Counted from the whole stretch's first letter, positions 24,316 through 37,585 are shown. The stretch is DNA of 63,420 nt, filler included, from Octopus bimaculoides (GCF_001194135.2; 9 parts of 8 records of this genome joined end to end with filler, not necessarily neighbours in it); one strand, 5' to 3'. Made by a program: numbers and translations. The notes: generated by a model from the letters alone, not told the origin.

Positions 24316-25161
24316 ATATTCAGTTATAATAAAAACAACTTTACATTGAACTGATGGGNNNNNNNNNNNNNNNNNNNNNNNNNNNNNNNNNNNNNNNNNN
24401 NNNNNNNNNNNNNNNNNNNNNNNNNNNNNNNNNNNNNNNNNNNNNNNNNNNNNNNNNNNNNNNNNNNNNNNNNNNNNNNNNNNNNNNNNNNNNNNNNNNN
24501 NNNNNNNNNNNNNNNNNNNNNNNNNNNNNNNNNNNNNNNNNNNNNNNNNNNNNNNNNNNNNNNNNNNNNNNNNNNNNNNNNNNNNNNNNNNNNNNNNNNN
24601 NNNNNNNNNNNNNNNNNNNNNNNNNNNNNNNNNNNNNNNNNNNNNNNNNNNNNNNNNNNNNNNNNNNNNNNNNNNNNNNNNNNNNNNNNNNNNNNNNNNN
24701 NNNNNNNNNNNNNNNNNNNNNNNNNNNNNNNNNNNNNNNNNNNNNNNNNNNNNNNNNNNNNNNNNNNNNNNNNNNNNNNNNNNNNNNNNNNNNNNNNNNN
24801 NNNNNNNNNNNNNNNNNNNNNNNNNNNNNNNNNNNNNNNNNNNNNNNNNNNNNNNNNNNNNNNNNNNNNNNNNNNNNNNNNNNNNNNNNNNNNNNNNNNN
24901 NNNNNNNNNNNNNNNNNNNNNNNNNNNNNNNNNNNNNNNNNNNNNNNNNNNNNNNNNNNNNNNNNNNNNNNNNNNNNNNNNNNNNNNNNNNNNNNNNNNN
25001 NNNNNNNNNNNNNNNNNNNNNNNNNNNNNNNNNNNNNNNNNNNNNNNNNNNNNNNNNNNNNNNNNNNNNNNNNNNNNNNNNNNNNNNNNNNNNNNNNNNN
25101 NNNNNNNNNNNNNNNNNNNNNNNNNNNNNNNNNNNNNNNNNNNNNNNNNNNNNNNNNNNNN

Positions 25162-25204
<43 letters not shown>

Positions 25205-25527
25205 TAGATGCATACATATAAATATACGTACATGTAGTCGTCGGGTTTCCGATGTGGTAATAGAAGTCTTCCTCCTCCCCGCCCTCACCACTTCTTACGG
25301 TCATAGGCATTACGCATCCAATTAATGCCTTTTTTTCATGACTAACACCAACCGCAACATTCGCTTCGCATGTCTGCTGCTGTGGCCGTCACTTGATAGC
25401 TTATATAAACATGCATATACATGCTTCCATATATGCATACATGCAAATATACACATACGTACACATATACATAAATGCCTGTAAATATTTACTCGTTCGC
25501 AGTACATGCTCATATATATATTATATA

Positions 25528-25574
<47 letters not shown>

Positions 25575-25599
25575 TTTGATACTTTGATAGGGTTCGGTC

Positions 25600-27180
25600 A
25601 GTACTGGCCCAGGCCATGTGTAGCTTAATAGCACCACCTGGCAAAGTCATTCAAATCTGGAATCGGACAACATGGCCCACTCAAGGAGAGAGTTGTTTGC
25701 GGAGAGATATCCGGGTGTAGGAGGTTTATCTGGAATTTTTGGAAGGAATTTGTCCAATGACTTCTGAAACTTTATGGGGTCTGTTTCTGCTTTAATGTAT
25801 TTTAGTGTAATGTTAAAGTGAGCGGGGCCAATTGAAGTGAAATAATTATGCCGTGTTGTTGTTATGTGATGTGAGTATGATTTATGTTGTGGACGGATAA
25901 CACGGGGTCCAAGTCTTGGGTGTATCTTAAAGGCGATGCCAACATCATTTGAGCAATGCTGGTGGAATATGAATATTTCCCACATCATGCAGATGATGAA
26001 GCGCTCACGGCAGCGTTGGATGGAATAAAGCTTGAGCTTTTCTAGTCGACCCCAATAGTCAAGGTCTGTCATGCCATCTGTCTTTTTAGTAATTGAGCTT
26101 CGAGATGCTTCAATTTTCATGATACTTTGTTTCGTGTGAGGAGACCACAGTGGAGAACAGTATTCGAGGTGGGGTCGGGCAAAAGTAGAGAAGAGAAGGA
26201 TAATGGTGTGGATGTCTCTCGACTGGAAAGTTCTGAGAATCCAGGAACATATTCTGCGAGCCATGTCAACTTAGTTGTTTAAATGAGCGGCCCAGTTTCT
26301 GCTGTTGTCCACAATTACTCTCAAGTCTCTGATGTTGTTGGATACCATGAGAGTTTCACCCGATGGAAGGGAGTATGGGAATTTCAATGTATTCTCTATT
26401 CCGAAGTAAATTAATTCAAATTTGTCCTCGTTCAGCAGCATATTATTCTTTCCCCCCCATTGGATGACAGCCAATAGATCTGACTGAAAGCATGTCCGGT
26501 CACCCACTTCATTGATGACCCTTTGGATCTTGGAATCAACTGCAAAGATTCTTATGTTGTTTTACTTGATGATATCAGTAATGTCATTGGTGTAGATGAT
26601 GAAAAGAAGTGAGCCCAACACATTGCCTTGTAGAACACCACTACTGAATTTGGCTGGGCTTGATTTTACTGTTGAATAAAGCACCTAATGCTGTTAAGGC
26701 ATTCATTAAAGCGCAGTATGGGTGTTTGAGGTGGCCTATACAGCTCACCTACTATCAGGTCAGTGGTTTTGTTGTGCACGGTGACCGATTCACAGTAGCC
26801 ATTGGAGAATGTCATATTTCTATATCTCGAAAAGGAATCCTGCAGGAAAATGGTAGTTCCACCCTTCCTTCTGTCGACTCGATCTGCGTGGATGGTTGTG
26901 AAATTCCTCACTTTCACTTCGTCTTTCAAGTGGGAATTGTCAAGGTGGGTCTCGGTAAGAATGAAGAAAGGGATGTGGTGTGGATGGTTACCAACCCAAT
27001 CTTCAATGAATTGGATCATCCATTTTTGTGCATTGATGGGGGGACTGACACCTTGTGCATTGAGTAGAAATGTGGAGGCTAGCGTAGTAGCAGGTTTTGA
27101 CTGCTGCAGGGGGCTTTTTTCTGATTGTGTGTTAGTGACAGCAATGTGGGGAGTTGGTGCACAGGGGTAATAGCATAGGA
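25600..27180 (-). mobile_element. CR1-like LINE, internally deleted pseudogenized ORF2 (APE N-terminus + RT motifs B/C to 3' end)
   Basis: APE: LLNAQG..ILTETHL..DRVDRRKGG; RT: SGVLQGNVLGSLLFIIYTNDI..FAVD; C-terminus RPHLEYCSPLWSP..RLEKLKLYSIQRCRER..DKFLPKIPDKP. Confidence 0.9.
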
Positions 27181-27329
27181 TCGTATTGAGGGATTGCTAA
27201 AGGGTTCTTTTTGTATCTCTTTGGCCAGACTCAAAGCTAATATCACCTGGCTTGACTGTAATGACATCAGTGGATTCAAATAAAGCTTGAAGAGTAGGGG
27301 AAAGAACAGGGCACGCCCTCGTCTGTAAA

Positions 27330-27550
27330 AGGACCCATTATAACCATTGGAAAAAAACATGAAAACAATATGAGGATACCTGTCCGTCCATTATAAATAA
27401 AGAAAAAGATATATTCAATATTAACAAACGACCAGCATTCCATTTTGGCATTTCGAACATTAAATGGTTCAACGACAAACATGATAACTACAAATATACA
27501 CAGTTTCACATTGTAGAATTCTATCCTTTAATAACGAAAGTTCTTTTATA
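27330..27550 (+). mobile_element. Penelope-like RT fragment
   Basis: ITIGKKHENNMRIPVRPL and IKWFNDKHDNYKYTQFHIVEFYPLITKVLL resemble PLE RT motifs (..WF..FIQFDI..FYPSI). Confidence 0.6.
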
Positions 27551-27984
27551 AGTGAAATAGGTGCATTGGCCGGCACAGAGTAAGAAGCAGATTGTTGGCG
27601 AAGTCGCACAGCAAGTTAGTTCCACCCTCCATTGTATTTTTGTGTATTTTTTTCTAAATTGATTCCAAAAATATTTTTTGATTAATTCTAAATTACAATC
27701 CTTAATTATTATTATACATTATTTATTCTATGTAATAATAAACAATAGAAAATATATATTATTAAATATGACGTATAATATTATATTCGCCATTTTATTT
27801 TATTATATTTTTTAATTCACTCTTTTTTGTATGGTTCTAATTACTTTATTTTCATTACACTAATTGAATTAGATTCTTTAATTTTTGTTTTATTAATTCT
27901 CTCGTTCATACGTACATGCCCACAAACACACTTAACACGCACGCACATGATGATGATGATATGAAGGGTTCTCTTGTCGTGCTT

Positions 27985-29030
27985 TAATCATATTCTATGG
28001 ACACGAATGGGTCTTTTGGGGCCTGGTGGTGCCTTGCAAACCTTTTGGTAAAGGGAACAAGTTGAGGACTCAGTTTGCTTGCATGTATGTATGTATATAT
28101 GTATGTATGTATGTATGTACATGTGCCATTATTCAGTTTATTTCATGGTTTCTTGCCAATAGAGAAAGAACCGGTTTCTAACCTTGATCCAAGGCTCCTT
28201 CATTGGAATTTCAACATCAACAACAAACTATATTTGTTTGTATGTATGTATGTATGTATGTATGTATGTATGTATGTGCATATTTGTATGTTTTATGTAT
28301 GTATTCTCGTGCATATAGTTGCATATCTGGAAATGCTCATATATATTTAAATGATAAACTTCAGGAAAGTTTCACAGATTTTTACACTTCCAGTGTTGGA
28401 TTGGATCTGTAGTCTTCGAATTAGTTTTCTCCTTTCTAGTTTCGAGAAGCCTAATTTCTCAAGATTGGTATTTAGGCAGTGTGTTACATATCCCAGGGCC
28501 CCAATAATTACAGATATAAACCTTTGTATGCATGTATGTATGCAGCTGGTAATTGAGAGAGGGAGGTACAAGACCGCGATGGATGGAGGAAGATAGTGCA
28601 TGATGGTTGTTCAAGGTTTGAGAGGGAGAGAGTGAAGTATGAGAGAATTAGGAGGGGGCTTAGAAGGAGGGACCTATGGAGAGTGAGAGAGTGTTGCTTT
28701 TTATATGTGTGGGTTGTAGGTGGAGGTGTTTGAGTCGTGCAGGCCTGGTGAGCCATCAAAATTCTCATAGAAATCGACTCATGATAAGCAATGCTGTGGC
28801 TATTAAAATTCATAACAGAACGTGTGTAAAATGTAGAAGGTTGTACCTCTCAGTTGGAGGTCTAAAAAGCCATGTTAAGAGAGTGCATATGGTGGCACCT
28901 GTTTCTCCTGCCAGCCAGCACGGTTGTCTAGTATGTAATAAAATGTGTAAAGGCTTGGCCGGGCTTAAAAGTCATATAAGGGCATCACATGGCAACAATA
29001 ATGAATCATTTCAGTAAGTCTTCTCGGCAA
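27985..29030 (+). mobile_element. RTE-type LINE 3' relic with three C2H2 fingers, interrupted at 28080-28542
   Basis: IFYG..W*REQVEDS / SLLAC|MYAAGN*EREVQDRDGWRKIVHDGCSRFERER, then three CxxC..HxxxH motifs (ORF 28676-29017). Confidence 0.75.
28094..28528 (-). mobile_element. 5'-truncated RLE (R2-superfamily) retrotransposon, CATA-associated family, copy A
   Basis: RFISVIIGALGYVTHCLNTNLEKLGFSKLERRKLIRRLQIQSNTGSVKICETFLKFII*; flanked by direct repeat TGCATGTATGTATG (28080-28093, 28529-28542). Confidence 0.8.
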
Positions 29031-29398
29031 TGGCTTTTCTCGAGTAACGAGGGTGCAGCTATGATGTCTTTCTATCTGTCTGTATGTATGTATGTATGTC
29101 AATCAATAGGTGGATGATTGCGAATACGGTGACCTCAAAGGTTGGTCGAAAGAAATATGAACTGAAAGCTAGAATTCAATAATGGAAAAAACAAGATAGA
29201 CGGAACAAAAGGGAACGCGTGTGAAGGAAAGAATTGAAGAAATAAATTAAAATAACAGGAAAGGAATCAAGAAAAGTAAGAGGAAGAAGGACAGTAATTT
29301 ATAGTTGTTAGTGAAAAAGAGGGCGAGAGAGAGAGCGAGGGGGGGAGAAACTGAGGAAGAAGAAGAGTAAGGGGAAGACGGTTTAGAGAGAAAGAGAA

Positions 29399-29435
<37 letters not shown>

Positions 29436-29818
29436 GAAAGAAAGAAAGGGTTTGAAGATATACAGAGGTAAAAAGGGAGAGAGAAAAAGAGAGAGACTAT
29501 ATACAGAGTATTCTGTTTGTTTTTTTTTATTATTAACACGTTTTGGTTTTCATTCCGTTTTTCTAATACTTTCTTCGATGTCTTATTTTCTTCATTTGTA
29601 TTGATAATGATATCAGGTTTCTTAGCTGAGGTATCGAGCCGTGAAGAAATGGTATTGAACTGCAGTTCGGTTTAATAGCTTCTGTAAATTAAGTGGGACA
29701 TGCAATTGCACAACCGTGTCGATAGTATCAAATTTCAACCCAATACGATTCAGAGGAGACTAACATTTCCGAGTCAGTATGTCAGCTTTGCAAAGACACA
29801 CCCACTCACATACACACA

Positions 29819-29881
<63 letters not shown>

Positions 29882-29987
29882 ACATGCACACATACAGACA
29901 TATATATATATATATATATATATGTCGAAACAATTGTCGTGATTAATAATAAATTCTCGTATATTCCATCTTCGGTCTTTCATTCAT

Positions 29988-30047
<60 letters not shown>

Positions 30048-30237
30048 CATACACATACATAATAGTGCATACATATATGTACTTATATGTGTATATGTAT
30101 ATATGTGTGTGTGCGTGTGCGTGTGAGTGTGGGTATAAACAGACAGAGAGATAGGTGTATAAATGTATGTGAAGGTATCTGTGTGTATGCATATATAAAT
30201 ATATATATATACCGACAGACAGTCATATATATACATA

Positions 30238-30600
30238 GGCGCAGGAGTGGCTGTGTGATAAGTAGCTTGCTTACTAACCACGTGGTTCCGGGTTCAGTCT
30301 CACTGCGTGGCACCTTCGGCAAGTGTCTTCTACTACAGCCTCGGGCCTACCAAAGCCTTCTGAGAGGATTTGGTAGACGGAAAATGAAAGAAGCCCGTCG
30401 TATGTGTGTGTGTGTGTGTGTGTCCCCGCAACATCGATTGACAACCGATGTTGGGGTTCACGTCCCCGTAACTTAGCGGTTCGGAAAAAGAGACCAATAG
30501 AATAAATACTAGGCTTACAAAGAATAAGTCCTGGGGTCGATTTTTTCGACTAAAGACGGTGCTCCAGCATGATCGCAATTAAATGACTGAAACAAGTAAA
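30238..30600 (+). mobile_element. SINE family A, full length
   Basis: Colinear with 7385-7805. Confidence 0.9.
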
Positions 30601-31428
30601 AAATTAAACGGATAAAATAATATACATACATANNNNNNNNNNNNNNNNNNNNNNNNNNNNNNNNNNNNNNNNNNNNNNNNNNNNNNNNNNNNNNNNNNNN
30701 NNNNNNNNNNNNNNNNNNNNNNNNNNNNNNNNNNNNNNNNNNNNNNNNNNNNNNNNNNNNNNNNNNNNNNNNNNNNNNNNNNNNNNNNNNNNNNNNNNNN
30801 NNNNNNNNNNNNNNNNNNNNNNNNNNNNNNNNNNNNNNNNNNNNNNNNNNNNNNNNNNNNNNNNNNNNNNNNNNNNNNNNNNNNNNNNNNNNNNNNNNNN
30901 NNNNNNNNNNNNNNNNNNNNNNNNNNNNNNNNNNNNNNNNNNNNNNNNNNNNNNNNNNNNNNNNNNNNNNNNNNNNNNNNNNNNNNNNNNNNNNNNNNNN
31001 NNNNNNNNNNNNNNNNNNNNNNNNNNNNNNNNNNNNNNNNNNNNNNNNNNNNNNNNNNNNNNNNNNNNNNNNNNNNNNNNNNNNNNNNNNNNNNNNNNNN
31101 NNNNNNNNNNNNNNNNNNNNNNNNNNNNNNNNNNNNNNNNNNNNNNNNNNNNNNNNNNNNNNNNNNNNNNNNNNNNNNNNNNNNNNNNNNNNNNNNNNNN
31201 NNNNNNNNNNNNNNNNNNNNNNNNNNNNNNNNNNNNNNNNNNNNNNNNNNNNNNNNNNNNNNNNNNNNNNNNNNNNNNNNNNNNNNNNNNNNNNNNNNNN
31301 NNNNNNNNNNNNNNNNNNNNNNNNNNNNNNNNNNNNNNNNNNNNNNNNNNNNNNNNNNNNNNNNNNNNNNNNNNNNNNNNNNNNNNNNNNNNNNNNNNNN
31401 NNNNNNNNNNNNNNNNNNNNNNNNNNNN

Positions 31429-31504
<76 letters not shown>

Positions 31505-31993
31505 TCACTTTTCATTCATAATGGGGACGGCTAACAACACCTCTACGTGGCACGCTTGAACAATTGTGAAGATCTTTATTGCATGAAACCATTGGTTGTT
31601 TTGTTAACCCACAAATAAAGTGTGTGTGTGTGTGTGTGGAGATGATTATCTTAACATACAGGGATTTCTTTTATAGGAATTACGATTCTTGAAATAAATA
31701 AAATGAATAACAAGAAATAAAACGATCGTATTCGATGTTCTTCTTGCCAAAACTTAGAAAGACCAGATTAAGCGGTTCAGACCCAAAATAGAGATAGGGT
31801 CCAAAGGAACTACATTCATAGAATTTTATACAAGGACGGATAGCGATATGTTGACGGTACGGATATATTCGACAGATATTTAGTGATATCAAACATATCA
31901 CGTATGTGCTTAAATTTCATTTAATATCTGTTATAGGAGGTGGGGTAAAATGAGTAATTTCTGTTTTGTTTTTTTCTATTTGTTTGAAATTAT

Positions 31994-32215
31994 GGAGGCG
32001 CGTGCCTTACTGGTTAGGGTGTTGCACTCACGATCGTAAGATTCTGGTTTCGACTCCTGAACCGGGCGACATGTTGTGTTCTTGAGCAAAGCATTTCGTT
32101 TCACCTTGTTCAAGTCCATTCAACAGGCTAAATGAGTAATCTTGCGGTGAACCGGCGTCCCGTCCGGTTGGGGAATATACATGCCATGAAAACCGGGAAA
32201 CCGGCCCTATAAGTC
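31994..32215 (+). mobile_element. tRNA-CORE SINE family D
   Basis: Homologous to 11820-12045. Confidence 0.75.
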
Positions 32216-32493
32216 TATATGACTATTTTAAATTCCTGTGGCATTTTTGATCACCTTCCCGATGTCTAAAGACGGATTTTGATGTGCATGACCCTTCTTT
32301 TTTTTCTGGTATAGTTCTAGAAAACTGAAGAGGAAAATTTACCTTATCTTGTCTTACTCATTTTGCCCCGCCCAAGTTTGTTTTCTGTATGCTCAAAGGG
32401 AACGGTGATAATTTTCTAGAATAATGTTCTGAATATGTTATAGTGTTTTGAATGCATTTAGAAAAGGTCATTTGCTTAGCTGATATAGTTTCT

Positions 32494-32551
32494 TATTTCT
32501 TTATTGCCCACAAGGGGCTAAACATAGAGGGGACAAACAAGGACAGACAAA
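32494..32551 (-). mobile_element. 58-bp 5'-truncated SINE B tail with 18-bp TSD
   Basis: TTAGCTGATATAGTTTCT at 32476-32493 and 32552-32569. Confidence 0.9.
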
Positions 32552-32820
32552 TTAGCTGATATAGTTTCTGTAAGGTAGTGAACATTTGTAAAAAATGTAT
32601 TTTATTTCAAAGTCAAAAATGCAGGAAATATTACTCATTGTGCCCCGCTACCGTTTATGTATTTATGGATATTGAATATAAAAAAAGTACATCAAATAAA
32701 TGTATATANNNNNNNNNNNNNNNNNNNNNNNNNNNNNNNNNNNNNNNNNNNNTTAATTAATTAANNNNNNNNNNNNNNNNNNNNNNNNNNNNNNNNNNNN
32801 NNNNNNNNTATATATATATA

Positions 32821-33260
32821 CGAGGTCTCTATTGAGAAATCTGCAGTTACTCTATCCGAATAACAAGTTCAGGTTTCTACCTGTAATCATTGGGGCCCTG
32901 GGATATGTAACACGCTGCCTAAATACCACACTTAAGAAATTAGGCTTCTCAAAACCAGAAAGGAGAAAGCTAATTCGAAGACTACAGATCCAATCTATCA
33001 CTGGAACCGTAAAAATCTGTAAAATTGTCCAGAAGTTTATCGTTTAAATATCTATGAGAATGTCTAGATATGTAACTATATGCATGAGAATACATACATA
33101 AAACATTCAAATCTGCACATACATACATACATACATACATACATACATACATACAAAAATACCCTGTTATTGATGATGAAATTCCAATGGAAGAACCTTG
33201 TATCTAGGTTAGAAACCGGTTCTTTCTGTCTTGGCAAGAAATCTTGAAATAAAAATAATA
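32821..33260 (+). mobile_element. RLE retrotransposon 3' end, CATA-associated family, copy B
   Basis: YPNNKFRFLPVIIGALGYVTRCL..ITGTVKICKIVQKFIV*, 3'UTR with (CATA)n and terminal module. Confidence 0.8.
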
Positions 33261-33619
33261 ACGACTCAGATATGCATAGATAATACATAGATACATACTT
33301 ATCTACATATATGAATATTTATACAGATGCATATATATATATATATATATATATACATACCTTCGTACATGCATATTTACATACATATCTACATAGATAG
33401 AGTCAACAAATGAGATCAAAAGTATCTCAATATAGAAAACACTTAGCGATCAAATGATTTGAATTTACACTCTGATATCCTCACCGAGGATAAAGTGTGG
33501 CTATACGTGGGATCTAAGTGACGAGATATGGAGACAACGGTTTAAATGAATATATAAAACTTTGGGTTTTAATGTACAAATAATATATACATGTATACAT
33601 GTGAAAAGAGAAGGCAGAC

Positions 33620-34240
33620 TAAAAAATTTTGTGTTACACAGTACATTCTTAAAAATTGTTGAAGAGCTACCTCATCCGTGCTTTCCTTATTTAATTTTCT
33701 TAAAGCTCTTTTGAAGGTATCAACAAAGCATCCTGCCTGTCCATTAGATCTGAGATGATATGGCCCCGTAGTTATATGTTCTACCGCGAACATTTCACAA
33801 TTTTTTTTTAGATTCGCTAGACACAAATTGCGTTCCATTGTCGCGTCTGGGATGCCAAATCTCGCGAACACTTCGTGTAGAAAATTTATCAGAGTTGAGG
33901 AAGTTGGTATTTTACACTTAACAATTTCAGGTCATTTCGAAAAATAATCATTTACCACTAAATAGTAAGAAACATTTTACAGACTAGCGAAATCGATGTG
34001 TAGTCTCGACCACGGAACATTTACTTTTGACCAAAGTTCCTATTTTACAGTGAGTAATTTTGCTGTGAGACCACATCCTTTACAGCCTTTCACCAAATTT
34101 TTGATTTCTTTGTCCATCTTTGGCTAATATACATAACTGCGCATAAACGCTTTCATCCTTGAAATACCTGAATGTCCGACGTGAATTTCTCTCAGCGTTC
34201 TCTTTTGTAGTGTTTCCCGTATGACTATTCTCTGTGCATA
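33620..34240 (-). mobile_element. Ty3/Gypsy integrase pseudogene fragment
   Basis: ..HSGISRMKAFMRSYVY..PWSRLHIDFAS..FARFGIPD..EHITTGPYHLRSNGQAGCFVDTFKRAL (zinc-binding and catalytic-core regions, frameshifted). Confidence 0.85.
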
Positions 34241-34344
34241 CATCAGTACGCCATCACATGTTGAGTATATATTCCGGTCTTGGATTTTTCTTATTTTCTT
34301 TTGTTGACCATAATGGTCATTTTGTTTCTTTTATAAATTTGTCT

Positions 34345-34692
34345 TTTAGCGCCTTTAGCCTAACAAATCGACCCCAGGACTTATTTCTTGTACGCCTAGT
34401 ACTTATTCTATCGGTGTCTTTTGCTGAACCGCCAAGTTACGGGAACGTAAACACATCAACATCGGTTGTCAAACGATGCTGGGGGGGGGGACAAACACAG
34501 ACACAAAAATACATATACACACATATACGATGGGCTTCTTTCAGTTTCCGTCTACCAAATTCAATCAGAAGGCTTTCGTCGGCCCGAGGTTATAGTAGAA
34601 GACACTTGCCCAAGGTGCCACGCAGTGGGACTGAAACCCGGAACCATGTGATTGGTAAGCAAGCTACTTACCAAAGAGCCACTCCTGCGCCT
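34345..34692 (-). mobile_element. SINE family A
   Basis: Reverse complement of 7385-7805, lacking the extreme tail. Confidence 0.85.
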
Positions 34693-35710
34693 ATATGGTT
34701 AATTTCTTTTTCTAAAACCAACAGTTAGGCATTTACTCACAAAGTCAAGTGCACTAATTACCATTTGTATAAATATAGATTTGTAATCCGAATATAGAAG
34801 CTGAAGGTTAAAACACTACACACTTTTCCTTGTCTGCTCCAAACAACAATAAAAGCCTGTTATGTTTACACTTGACAAATGTTTCAATGGGAATGTTCCA
34901 CAAATATTCATTGTGTTGATATTTGTGTACGTTTTCAATAACAGGAAGATTCTCCATATTTAATTCAGGACAGTATTTTTTCCGGATAACATTGTGTATT
35001 GTTTTTGCGACAATATAGATATGTATGTATGCATGTGTATATGCATATACATACGTGTATGTAAACATGTATATACATGTGTGGGTGTAGATGCATGTAT
35101 CTCCGTGTAGGTGTGTTTGGGGATATCTGTGTGTGTGTTCGTGTGTGGGGGGTGTACGTGCGCGTCTGTGAGTGTGTTCTTCCGTGTTTATGTATATATC
35201 AGATATATACAAGTGTACACACAGACACATACACACAGACACACACAAACACACACACGCACGCATACACACACACACACGCACACAGACACACATGAAT
35301 ATATGCCTTGGTTTTACATAGGCCTTCAGTTACCAATGGCGTCGATGTAGCGTCAGTTCTTTTTTTCCATCTTTCACGATTGTATACAAGGGCTCATATT
35401 TCAGCCACTGATTTTCTTGCCGTTTCCTAGATAATGTTACATTCTTCTTTTCCTCTCCGTACCTTAGGATCTCGGACTTGTTCTATGTATATTGGAAATA
35501 CAAACGTATAGGTATATATAGATTATGATAAAAATCAAAGTTTACATACGAGACTTTAAACAGTTGTAGCTAAACCTTCTTTTGGGTATGTCCCTAGTAG
35601 TGTATGTATGTATGTATGTAAGTACGTATGTATGCATGTATGTATGTATGTATGTACGTACGTATGCATGCATGTATGTATGTATGCATGTATGTATGTA
35701 TGTATGTATG

Positions 35711-35744
<34 letters not shown>

Positions 35745-35746
35745 TG

Positions 35747-35793
<47 letters not shown>

Positions 35794-35849
35794 TTAATCT
35801 ATCTATTTAATCTATCTTTTTTCTCTGTATATATATATATATATATGCA

Positions 35850-36413
35850 CACGAGAGGAAGTCAAAAATTATCCGTACTTTCGCCATAACATATCTCTGT
35901 TATTGTCACACTGCCTTCTGCGTATGCGTGCTTATAGTTGGTACTATTGTAGTCACGTGATCGAAGTTTGAGCCTGATCGCGCCATTTTTCTTTCTGGCT
36001 TCACAGTGTAAGCATGACTGCTCCACGAGCAATATTCTTCAGAGAAGAGCAGTGATCTGATTTCTCTGGAAAGGTACAGTTCTTTACTGGCCAACAAATT
36101 GAAGTCAGCAATTCACACCAAACACCTACGCACGGCCCAGGTCTCGCCCGTTGCAACTATCATATCTTTGGACTGCTCAAATATGGTTTACGTGGTCATC
36201 GATTTTCTACGGATAAAGATGTGGAGGAAGTGGTGCATAAATGATTGTACGATCGACCGAAAACCTTCTTGGAGGGAATACGCAAGCTGGTGGACCACTG
36301 AACCAAGTGCTACGAAAAGGGAGGAGACTGTATAGAAAATATTGCTTATTCCTTGCTTTTGTGTAAATAAATTGAAAAACAAGAGTACATATAATTTTTC
36401 ACTCTCCCTCGTA
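35850..36413 (+). mobile_element. Internally deleted mariner element with both TIRs
   Basis: TIRs CACGAGAGGAAGTCAAAAATTATCCGTAC / GTACATATAATTTTTCACTCTCCCTCGTA; PGLARCNYHIFGLLKYGLRGHRFSTDKDVEE..KCYEKGGDCIE. Confidence 0.85.
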
Positions 36414-36416
36414 TAC

Positions 36417-36472
<56 letters not shown>

Positions 36473-36695
36473 NNNNNNNNNNNNNNNNNNNNNNNNNNNN
36501 NNNNNNNNNNNNNNNNNNNNNNNNNNNNNNNNNNNNNNNNNNNNNNNNNNNNNNNNNNNNNNNNNNNNNNNNNNNNNNNNNNNNNNNNNNNNNNNNNNNN
36601 NNNNNNNNNNNNNNNNNNNNNNNNNNNNNNNNNNNNNNNNNNNNNNNNNNNNNNNNNNNNNNNNNNNNNNNNNNNAGAGAGAGAGAGAGAGAGAG

Positions 36696-36744
<49 letters not shown>

Positions 36745-36779
36745 AGACGTGGGTTGAAGAGAGAAACAGAAAGAGAGTT

Positions 36780-37370
36780 CCACGTAGTGTGTACGCTGAT
36801 GTTCACAGATATCACCCGTTGTACCAGTTTAACACTACGCTTGTATGTAACCGTTTACCTAAAGCTAATAAACCGGATATTCTTGTGAAAGACCAAAACA
36901 ATGAAGTTTGTTTATCGATCGACATGAGTATACGTTGTGATCATAATATCTCGGCAAAAGCATTTAACAAGATTAGAAAATGTAAATATTTGCTCAATGA
37001 AATCAAAAAAATGTGGCATCTCAAAGCAATTTCAATACCAGTGATTGTAGAAGCATTTGGAATGATCCAAAAAGGAACTCAAAATTATTTGAGAATGATT
37101 CCTGACTTACCATCGCTGCCAGAAGTGCAAAAGATTGTTATAACTGGTACGCCTCACATATTGAGAGGAACATTGTCGCTGTGAGACCGATTCCTACCCA
37201 TATCATTAAAAAAAAAATTTCCCCACATCTTCTAATTATATTTTGAAAATGAACAATCCGGTACGTTTATTTCGATGGCCCATCAATGCATGCAGTAAGT
37301 TTATTTGCCCTGGGTGTCGGCAAGAAATGGAAACAAATTGAAAGGGGGAAAAACTCAATAATAACCAATA
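36780..37370 (+). mobile_element. R4/Dong-like retrotransposon RLE domain and 3'UTR
   Basis: ANKPDILVKDQ..CLSIDMSIRCD..KCKYLLNEIKKMWHLKAISIPVIVEAFG..VQKIVITGTPHILRGTLSL*: PD-(D/E)xK-type restriction-like endonuclease. Confidence 0.85.
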
Positions 37371-37384
37371 ATTCTTTCTATTAA

Positions 37385-37580
37385 AGGCACAAGGCCTGAA
37401 ATTTTGGAGAGAAGGAGAGTCGATTACATCGATCCCAGTACGTAACTGGTACTTATTTTATCGACTCCGAAAGGGATGAAAGGCGAAGTCGACCTCGCCG
37501 GAATTCAGAATGTATAGACGGACGAAATACCACTAAGCATTTCGCTCGGCGTGCCAACGATTCTGTCAGCTCACCGCCTT
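37385..37580 (-). mobile_element. SINE family B
   Basis: GATGAAAGGCGAAGTCGACCTCGCCGGAATT. Confidence 0.85.
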
Positions 37581-37585
37581 CTTAA

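Larger units (their letters stand above)
31936..32652. mobile_element. Putative non-autonomous DNA transposon with imperfect TIRs; second copy at ~40080-40870
   Basis: GGAGGTGGGGTAAAATGAGTAA versus TTACTCATTGTGCCCCGCTACC; internal sequence homologous to 40080-40870; superfamily unassigned. Confidence 0.55.

Noticed and set aside
28676-29017. Host C2H2 zinc-finger gene
   Set aside because: Contiguous with RTE ORF2 remnants containing stops and frameshifts.
29638-29675. GTGAAGA-AAT-GGT-ATT-GAAC-TGCA-GTT-CGG hammerhead-like string
   Set aside because: Needs two core corrections; could be chance.
29927-29938. GAAAC-AATT-GTC hammerhead 3' half
   Set aside because: 5' core replaced by (TA)n; 12 nt is too short to call, though consistent with the family.
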